64,000 nucleotides of DNA, taken from Chrysomallon squamiferum (Eukaryota > Animalia > Mollusca). The translations under genes were made by a program, and so were the position numbers. Location: NCBI GenBank assembly GCA_012295275.1, contig CM022670.1:22568001-22632000 (forward strand). Direction: 5' to 3'. Position 1 is the first letter of the stretch; each line of letters opens with the position of its first letter. Under the pieces are notes generated by a model. The model was not told where the DNA came from and ran no database searches. It saw only the letters and a program-made list of their open reading frames with translations. Positions 54,956-64,000 of the stretch are shown piece after piece.

Positions 54956-55199
54956 TTCTAAATAATGGGGTGGGGGAGAGAATGTTCCGAAATAATTATG
55001 AGACTAGAATAAACTGATAGAAAAATGCTAAAATTGTTTTTCAACAGGAAAACCGTTGATTTCTACAAAATAATTTTATACCATCAGTAATTATAATACA
55101 GTTTAATAGCATATTCACTAAACGTTATCTTTAAAAATATTTTTAATTTTATATAGAATTTGATAATTTCTATAAGCTTTCTTGCTATTCGATCAATAT

Positions 55200-55450
55200 C
55201 TATCAGTAGCTAATCCACCTAACCTCTATACTCTGACTGACCCAACGCCTTTTCCTTTTAACAATCTTTTCAACTGCATAATCATACTTTTCTGTGCTGT
55301 CATTCAAGGTAAATCAACATCTGACTTTCCGCTGCCTGATTATCTTAGTTTTAGCTGTATCGATGTACAACGACGATTTTCTTGTATTAAGTATATTTCC
55401 TTGAATAACAAGTTACCGTCTTAAGATATCAGCTTTATCCTGCCAAGGTA
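55200..55450 (-). mobile_element. Decayed chromodomain-bearing integrase fragment (Polinton/Maverick- or chromovirus-like)
   Basis: Minus strand 55289-55206 reads KYDYAVEKIVKRKRRWVSQSIEVRWISY*, and an alternative frame gives GQSEY in the middle. This fits the Y-x-VEKI..G..EY.V.W..Y chromodomain pattern. Stops flank it and there is no gene context. Confidence 0.4.
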
Positions 55451-55670
55451 ACAATGATTCGATTCAACAAAGCATCGGGCCTATAGACCTGAGCTGGATA
55501 AAGCTTATATTTTAGGACAGTAACCAGTTACTTTATTATTATTATTATTTTTTATCTAGAAATCCTAAATAATACAAAATTAATGCAGTTAAGTGTTCTA
55601 ATTTTCAGTGACTGAAAATGTAGAAATGTATCTAGTTACAATATATACGAACAGTGACTGCAAGAAATAC

Positions 55671-55672
<2 letters not shown>

Positions 55673-55730
<58 letters not shown>
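55673..55730. repeat. (CA)n microsatellite
   Basis: Direct reading. Confidence 0.95.
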
Positions 55731-55732
<2 letters not shown>

Positions 55733-56151
55733 TTCACAGATATATATAAATACACACACATACACTTGACACGTACTGTCAAAGACAATTTAAAATGATT
55801 TTAGTAAATAAATAAATAGCATTACTCCTGGTAACTTTTGAATATTTTACAGTACTATAACAATAATAAAAGAATAGATCTCGGATCTCAGTGGCTAAAC
55901 TTCAACAACAACTAAAATAAATATAAACAATTAGTTACAGTTTCAGATCTCATTAGTTTTGTTTTCATTCTGGTTTCATTATTTTAACTTTTTATTATTA
56001 GTTTATTAATATACTCAAAAAGAGTTAAGGAAGGCTTTTTTTTTTTTTTTTCCACGGACGGACCTTGTGTATGCGCCTGAATAATAATAACAACAACAAC
56101 AACAACAATAAAATTTTATTATTATAGAAAAAACGGCGGGGAAAAAGTAAA

Positions 56152-56192
<41 letters not shown>

Positions 56193-56511
56193 GTTATTGT
56201 TATTTTCACCCCAGTTGTGGTCAAACGCCTATACCTTATATAGAGGGGCATATCTATGGAGAGTAGCTCCAGAAACTGCGCTTCAGTCCAAACATCTGAC
56301 ACCCAACTTTTCACACGAAACTACTATAGAAATTCCTTAATGATTCTGCATCTGAATTAGCAAATTAATCTTGCTTTAATGAATAAAATAATTATACAAA
56401 CGATTTCCTTCAGTTTTGGGTTGTTTTTTGTTCGTTCGTGTTTTCTGTTATTGTTTGTAATTCTGGGCTTAATTCAAAGTGAAAAAATATAAAATACAAA
56501 ATAATAATAAC

Positions 56512-56550
<39 letters not shown>

Positions 56551-56893
56551 CAATAAATACAATAATAATAATTATTTATTTAATATGTTTAGATCTATGT
56601 GTTTTCTTTATTACCTCTACCTTTTATTTCAAAGTGTCTCTGGCTTTAATGAAACGAAATGTTGAATTCCTCACGCGCGCGCATATGCACACACACACTA
56701 CTAAACTTTGAGCAAAACACATATTTTGTCACATCAAACTGGATAAAAAAAAAAAAAAAAAAAAAAATAGTCATTTGAATTCCACAGAACAAAATTCTTC
56801 TGTAAAAATTAGTATGAATACAATAATACTCCTCAGGTCAAGCAAGCTGTCATAAATATGGCTTCATGTTTAAGAAAAACATAGCCAAAAAAA

Positions 56894-56957
<64 letters not shown>

Positions 56958-57655
56958 AAAATAAATAAATAAAAAATAAAAATTCAAGGACAGATAAACA
57001 AATGTTGGAATCAGATTCCTAAGTTAGTTATGAGTCTAGCTGAATACATCATGCAAATATTCATTTATAATTTTATAAATATATCAGTATTTTATTTTAA
57101 AGACTTGAATATTTTTGTTAGTTTCTTCTTTTTCTTCTTCGTCTTTATATTATTTGTTTCTGGCTGAGAGACAGTTTGGTTGAATACGATGCAGTTTTAC
57201 TCATGCGTATGTCTTGTTAATAATTAGGTCCATATAATATTAATAAAAGAAAATAATCGTTAATAATACCATTTATAATAAAAAGAAAGCATAAAAACAA
57301 CGCTAAATGTAAAACATCAGCAAATTTATGACCTAATCCGGCACAACAACAATAACAACAATAATAATAAACCATTTAATACATACGTGTGTGTGCGCGC
57401 ATGTGTGTATGTCTCTGTGTGTCTCTGTGTGTGTGTGTGTTTGTGTAATAATATGACTGAAATAAATTCACTGAGAATAACATTTCCAATGTACATCAAA
57501 AATGTATTTAGTGTTCAAGAATATAATACAGTATTATAACATCTTGGTAGCAAAGAGGTTACAACAACAACATTAATTTACTAAGAAACAAATAAATAAT
57601 TATAATAATAATAAAAAATAAATGAATAAATAAAAGAACAACAAAAAACTTCTTT

Positions 57656-57701
<46 letters not shown>

Positions 57702-57794
57702 TACAAACACACAATGAAACAAAATGAAGAAATAAAAATAATAAAATGTGACACTTATAAGCAGTTCTTTTCTGAAGTACTGATTATTGATAGG

Positions 57795-57834
57795 TCCGGA
57801 AATTCTCACCGGAAGTTAGGTGAAACACGTGTTT
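57795..57834 (+). promoter_or_regulatory. RIOK1 proximal promoter: tandem ETS sites and E-box
   Basis: TCCGGAAA (57795-57802), ACCGGAAGT (57808-57816) and the palindrome AAACACGTGTTT (57823-57834), 45-85 nt upstream of the ATG. Confidence 0.6.
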
Positions 57835-57877
57835 TATTACGAAAACGATATACTCAATTGTGGGCTTTTTCTCCAAA

Positions 57878-58143
57878 ATGGAAGAAATAGAAGCTGGTCA
57901 GTTTGACGATGTTGAAGAGTAAGATATCTAAATAGTGTAGTATTTTTTTTTTAGGTTTTTTAGGTTTTTAAATATGTTTACCAAGATCAAACTTGTTTGG
58001 TTTAATCGACAAAATTTCTGAATTGGAATTATTCAATTAGAATCGTAACTTTCAATTAAAATTTATTATCAAATAAATGAAGAAATATGATATTAATTTT
58101 ATTATGAGTCTAAAACTACAACAAGAGCAGTAATTTATTAACA

Positions 58144-58181
<38 letters not shown>

Positions 58182-61100
58182 TTTTAAAAAATGTTTTAAA
58201 AATGATATAAATTATAATCATAATGCATTAATGGACACGACATAAAGTTTATGGAATTCCATCTTGATAGATCGGAACTTCAAAATGAAGGGGAAAAAAA
58301 AATTCATTCAAAGAGAATAATAATAAATATTTGTAGACAAATAAATTAATTTTAGTAGATCACATGGATTGGAGAAAAATGTGACACGTCACATCAAATG
58401 TTTGCCAAATTCAAAAATTGTGCAATGAAGTTTTAATTATTGAACTTATTCCTTAATGTGAAATCATCTTACTATATTTCAGTTTTTCAAAATAGGACAG
58501 TATTTATTTATAACTGCTTTGCAAATATCACTTGTGCCAATAATCTAAAATCAGTTCTATATTATTATTACTATTAGCCATTAGGGGAAGAGTGAAGTTG
58601 ATAATGTAATAACAAATACAAAAAGAAAAATTACACATTTTTTCAAACCAAATTAAAATATTCTTAAAGGTTACAGAATTACATAAAATTTTCATTACAA
58701 AATTATTGGCTCCCATTGTTATACTTACACCATAATAATTATTGACAACAATTTGAACAAATATCATTTTTTTATATGTTTAATTTTGTTTTTCTTGCAG
58801 AGCACATCTGTCTGATAAAACATCATCACTGTTCATCAGTGAAAGCTCAGAAAGAAGTGAGTAGCTAGCTCATAGTCATAGAAGTATTTCTCATTTATAA
58901 CAAATAAGTATGGTTGTTGTGAAACAGCATTTACATTAAAAAGACAGTTAACAAAGTGACATGGAATTAATCTGCCCATTTAATTTGTTTAATATTAAAT
59001 GCTGTAACAACATTTTTTGGTAAATGCATATTTTCTCCATCTCTGATATAATATAAATATATATGTTGCTTTTTTTTCAGTATGAAATTCCTTTTTAAGA
59101 AAAATGTAATATAATAAAATATAAAAACAAATTACAGAATATATGTTTTATAATAATGTTTATATTTAGACTGCAACTCATATGAAGAGGACAGTGATTA
59201 TGATGATGACTATGATGATGCTGATTATGACTGGGAAGATGGAATTGGTGATTTAACAAAGAAATACCAAGCTTCTGTTGCAAATAATAAACAGGTGCAA
59301 TAAAAAGTAATCTGATAAACTTTTTTTTAATGTATTTTTTGTACAAATAATAAAAAAAAAATATTCACTTCATTGAAAATATATTACCTTAGAGTTGGAG
59401 CATTTTCTATTGTTTTTTATTTGTTTATCACAATATTTAGAAGTAATTCTGAGGTTCCTTGAAAATAGATCCAATAGCAGTAATAGAAAAATGAGACAAA
59501 AGTTCAGGTCAGGTTAGTTAAAATTTTCACTTATGACAAAACAAGTTGAATTAAATTTTAAATGTACCTTTGTAAATTTGTAAGAATTCTTAGTACTGTA
59601 TTTATTTTCTATTTTTCAAAAGATGTAAATATGATATTTTTTATTATTCAGCCCAATTCAAGACAGCCTAATCAGCAGGAAAAGAAAAATATTTCCAAGT
59701 TTCAGCCTCCAGAGAAATCTTTAAATAAATATGTTCAGAAAATTAATGTTGGTAAGTACAATTTTTATTTTAAAAAAAGTGAGAAAATATTCACTTAATC
59801 ATTTTTGTTGATATATTAGTTTTCTTTAGTACATTTTTCTCTTTGCTATACAGAAGAATTTAAAACACACATGTTGTTTGTATAATTCACTCTTTGATTT
59901 AAGTTGATGGCATAACTATTTAGTTTCCACATTATTTTAATTATTTTGATAGTTATATTTAAACTATTTTTCAGAAAAGTATAATGGCCCAGACTTTTCC
60001 AGCTTTGCCTTATCGTCTCTTTCTCAGACTGGGAGAAAAATGCATGCAGACAGGTTTGATTTTTATATCTGGAATGAAAGTTAGTCACCTGTATGCTGAA
60101 CTGCAGTTTTTTGGCATTCACCAAAAAAAAACCCAATAATAATAATAAAAAAAAATTAAATTAATAAATTCACTATTTTTATAACAAAATACATATTTGA
60201 TTTTACTCAGTTTATAATAAGATGAGTGCAGAATGACTTGTGATCTTCCTTATAAAAAGTGAGTGATGTTTTTTGATTAGTTACCGAGGCAAGGATAAAG
60301 CAGACAGAGCTACAGCAGAACAGGTGATGGATCCTCGCACACGGATGATTGTCTTCAAGATGCTGAGTCATGGCATCATCACAGAGATTAACGGCTGCAT
60401 CAGCACGGGAAAGGAAGCCAATGTCTACCATGCCACCGTCAAAGACAATTCTGACAGAGCTGTCAAGGTAAACATTCCATTAGTTGCTGTTTTACACAAT
60501 ATAGATAATATTCCAATGTTTTGGGGTTTGAATGGTTTTTTAAATGTTGCTAGTGCCAGTAATAATAAAATACCAAAAACAAACAATATTTGAAATGATT
60601 CAGTCATTGTTTATATATGTATCTACATAATAGTTGTTTTTTGTGATCTAAAATAAAAACTTTGTTTTTTTAACAGATCTATAAAACATCCATACTGGTC
60701 TTCAAGGATAGGGACAAGTATGTGACAGGAGAATTCAGGTATACATGATTCTTTCATCACTGTTTTAAAAATTAAAATGACCAGATCCAGCACAGTTTCT
60801 ATGAATAATACTAGTTTATTTATTTATTTATTTTTTTAATTTTGAAAATTTGTGACTATACATATATATAAAATGGATATTCTGATATATAGTTGAAATG
60901 ACATTTTAACATCAACAACAGTATTTCGATTTTACTTTCTTTTTAAATTATAAATCATAATAATATGCACACTGGTATGTCAGAAATCTGACATTCACTT
61001 CTTCTGACATATATAGATGTTTGTAGGAAGTACAGAGTGCTAGAGAAAACACAACTGGTGTCTCAGGGCCAACTTTCTTGAGAAAGAATTTCTGGCAGTA

Positions 61101-63163
61101 TAAACACCAAACATTTGCTACCTACATATTTCAGCTGATAAATATAAAAATGATTTTATTAAATTGTGGACAGTTTTGATACATCATTTTTTGTACATTA
61201 TTTATTTTTATTTTATTTGTTGGGCTGATACAGATTCAGACACGGCTACTGTAAACATAATCCAAGAAAAATGGTGAGAACATGGGCAGAAAAGGAAATG
61301 AGAAACCTGATCCGGTAATTATATTGACCCATATAAATATTTAAATTTTATATAAGTGAACAGAATTTACTTAATGTTGTGCCAAAAAAGAAATACTTAA
61401 TCTTTTCTCATTTTTCATTAGATGTTGCTAAGAAACATGTTCATTTAATATCAGTTGATTCCATCCTCTTCCTCAGTTTCATTGTTGTCAGTGTACACGC
61501 TTTATACCATTTTACCTTCAAAAATGTTATGTTGCTCATCATTTAATTAACATACCATTTAATAACTAATATATATTTTTAGCTGGGATGTCATTAAATA
61601 TTCATTTATTCATACTTAACATCTTTTAGATAATAATTTTTTTATTTTGTTTTTGCATATTTCATTAGAATTCATCAGGCTGGTATAAAATGCCCAGAAC
61701 CCATTATACTTCGCAGTCATGTTCTGGTAATGGGGTTCATTGGAACCAATGGCTGGTACGTTACTTACAATTTCTGACTGATTGTATTATTTTTAAAAAT
61801 CTGATAATTTGAAGAAATAGAATTAAATTTTTAATTAGAAGATATTTTTATCATTTATTTGAAGAAACATTTCCTTATTAGGAGACTGAAAAGCATAAAT
61901 ATTTGTATTATAATTGTAAATTAGATTTAATGCTATGAGCCATGTGATGATTTATTCAATCCAACACTAACTGGTCAGTGATCAGGTTGAAGAACAAAAT
62001 ATTCTGATGGCTTAAAAATGTCTCTATATATTTCAAACTGCTCTTTCAAAAAAATTTACTCATTTATTGAGATTTTTATCAGGCATAATGTTTATAAAAA
62101 AAAAAGAAAAAAAAAAGATGCACTGAATAAATATTAGTTGTCTTAGTTCATTTTTCAGAAAATGTAAAGAACAAAAACAAAATTATGATTTCTCATAATT
62201 TCAGGCCAGCTCCTCTTCTGAAAGATGTAACACTTACAGAATCAAAAGCAAGAGAACTTTATCTAGAATGTATTCACATTATGAGATCTTTATACCATGA
62301 ATGTCATCTTATACACGCAGATCTCAGTGAATTCAACTTGCTGTAAGTAACACATGTGAAATAGTCATGGACATCACAGTGACCTGTGCCATACAAAGAT
62401 TATAACAAACTGTGAATTTAATGCAGCCTGGGAAAAAAGCAATCACTCACTACAGAATGTTTAATGATAATAATCATTGGATGTGCAATATGGAGTAAAA
62501 TATAGGTTATAAGAAAGTTGTATGGCCAACTGATGTTAATAAAAATTTGGCATAAATTTAAACTGAATTTTATACTGATTGTATGGTCATATTATTTAAA
62601 CAAAAAAGTTTGCAAAGTAGTTTTATTTTTTCCCTCAGGTTTCATGAAGGTCATCTGTGTGTGATTGATGTATCACAGTCAGTTGAGCATGATCATCCAC
62701 ATGCCTTGGAATTTCTGAGGAAAGACTGTACAAATATAACAGGTGAGTCACTTCAGATTTATTTATTAATAATAATACTTCCATGTATATCTGATTATGT
62801 GTTTCAAATTCATTTGAATTTACCAAATATGCAAGAGCATCAGAATTGCACTAAATATATGAATTTCAAAAAAAAAAACTCCCTGCAGATGTAGCTATTT
62901 TGCTAATATCTTTAAATGTGAATTATCAAAGTTTGACTGAATTTCAGTTTATTTGTATATTTATTATTGAAAAATTACATTTATTTACAGAATATTTCAG
63001 AAAGAATCAAGTGTCAACTATGACAGTTAAGGAACTGTTTGGCTTCATTACTGATTTGGCAATTACAGCAGATAACATTGATGAGTATCTTGACAAAGCT
63101 ATGCAGATTTCAGCAAGTCGAACTTACAAAGATGTTTCTCAGCAGGAGAAGATAGATGAAGAG
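57878..63163 (+). CDS. RIOK1: Serine/threonine-protein kinase RIO1, 3'-partial; exons 57878-57918, 58801-58856, 59170-59294, 59652-59751, 59975-60053, 60281-60467, 60677-60738, 61234-61314, 61669-61755, 62205-62342, 62639-62742, 62991-63163
   Basis: GQFDD N-terminus, [114 protein letters not shown]. The window ends on an acceptor-like TTTTCAG. Confidence 0.97.
60967..61116 (+). ncRNA. Box H/ACA scaRNA predicted to guide pseudouridylation of U1 snRNA U6 (functional equivalent of human U109/SCARNA18 and Drosophila scaRNA:PsiU1-6), RIOK1 intron 7
   Basis: H box AGAGAA 61042-61047. 3' hairpin: lower stem TGGTGT/ACACCA, pocket CTCAGG (61062-61067) and AGTATAA (61097-61103), upper stem GCCA/TGGC, apical CTTTC-TTGA-GAAAG containing TGAG (CAB-like). 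ACA at 61111-61113 lies 14 nt below the pocket top. The pocket pairs with U1 AUACU-(U6 A7)-CCUGG. The 5' boundary is approximate. Confidence 0.8.
61937..62013 (+). ncRNA. Box C/D snoRNA copy 1 (28S rRNA guide, SNORD69-equivalent site), RIOK1 intron 9
   Basis: Terminal stem GAGCCA/TGGCTT; box C GTGATGA 61944-61950; guide CAATCCAACA 61957-61966; D' CTAA; internal stem; C' TTGAAGA; box D CTGA 62004-62007. Confidence 0.88.
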
Positions 63164-63183
63164 GTAAATTAAAGTTAATTCAT

Positions 63184-63260
63184 GGAGTCAGGTGATGATT
63201 TACAATCCAACACTGACTGGTTGAAATCAGGTTGAAGAAAAACAAGTTTCTGATGACTCC
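63184..63260 (+). ncRNA. Box C/D snoRNA copy 2 (same guide), RIOK1 intron 12
   Basis: Perfect terminal stem GGAGTCA/TGACTCC; box C GTGATGA 63192-63198; guide ACAATCCAACA 63202-63212; D' CTGA; C' TTGAAGA; box D CTGA 63250-63253. Confidence 0.9.
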
Positions 63261-63820
63261 TCAGTTTTTAAATGTTTAAAAATTAAACAGTGTTTGTTTT
63301 TGTGGGTTTTTAATATTAGAAAATTATGGCAACTAGATATCTATATTAAGTTGGAAACTAAACTGATTTGGGTGGTATTGAAAAAAATCTGGTTGTTTTA
63401 GATAACAAACTGAAAGTATACTTGATAGTAATACTGTGAGATTGTTCTTTAAGTTCAAACTGTTCTTCATTGTGTCAGCATCAGTCTTTCCAGAAAAGAA
63501 ATTTGTTAGATCTGTTTCAGCCTAGTTAGAAGTCAACATTTGCTACAGGTTATTATCATTTATCTTTAAAGTTTAAACTCAGTACACAAACACATACACA
63601 CAAAACAAATCATTTCAAATTTCTGTAGATTCTTGTATCTTCAAGAAAATTAAAATCTATCTCTTATTCACTCAGTATATGTGTATTGAATTATCCAATC
63701 AATATTTTACACAATCAGTTTATTATATATTAAAGTTAGTTAATTTAATCTATCACTAAAGTCATTAATTATTATTCAAATATATCTGTTAAAAACATGC
63801 ACTTCGAATAAGCCATTACA

Positions 63821-63900
63821 ATTCAAATGATGAAATATGCAATCCAACACTTACTTTGTGAAAGAATGCAGAATTAAACTATTTCTGATTATGTTTGAAT
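63821..63900 (+). ncRNA. Box C/D snoRNA copy 3 (same guide, more diverged), RIOK1 intron 12
   Basis: Stem ATTCAAA/TTTGAAT; box C ATGATGA 63827-63833; guide CAATCCAACA 63840-63849; D'-like CTTA; box D CTGA 63885-63888. Confidence 0.75.
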
Positions 63901-64000
63901 GCATGTGCAATAAATAAAATGTGTACCAACTTTTGACCAGTATGTACAGATTTTCTGTTTATAAATAGCATCCAATCAGTGTTATAGCTTCTGTTTTCAG

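Noticed and set aside
59400-59546. H/ACA-like layout in RIOK1 intron 3
   Set aside because: The second hairpin is too short and has no pocket; AT-rich pairing is expected by chance.
63480-63546. ACATTTGCTAC shared with the scaRNA 3' end
   Set aside because: No lower stem or pocket lies upstream; an 11-nt match alone is insufficient.

Overview
Very AT-rich, intron-rich animal genomic DNA. It is probably a lophotrochozoan or mollusc-like invertebrate; that taxon call is inferred from composition and protein style only. It is not prokaryotic, so most ORF-track entries are exon fragments or microsatellite artefacts. Manual splicing recovers six conserved genes: EEF1E1/AIMP3 (+, 5' part outside the window), a 23-exon kinesin-13 KIF2A (-), ceramide glucosyltransferase UGCG (+), SNRPA1/U2A' (-), CCDC138 (+) and RIOK1 (+, runs off the 3' end). 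Two signals are not shown correctly by the ORF track. (1) A compact three-exon orphan gene at about 53.2-54.7 kb splices to a 52-aa precursor: signal peptide, a 27-aa Pro/aromatic-rich peptide and a GRR amidation/cleavage site. (2) RIOK1 introns carry a guide-RNA cluster: three paralogous box C/D snoRNAs aimed at the 28S rRNA A-loop stem (SNORD69-equivalent site) and an H/ACA scaRNA whose 3' pocket fits U1 snRNA U6. Also present are a GC-AG first intron and an acidic symmetric exon in KIF2A, a mariner-type MITE, decayed transposon fragments and many microsatellites. All coordinates were read by hand and no database searches were run.
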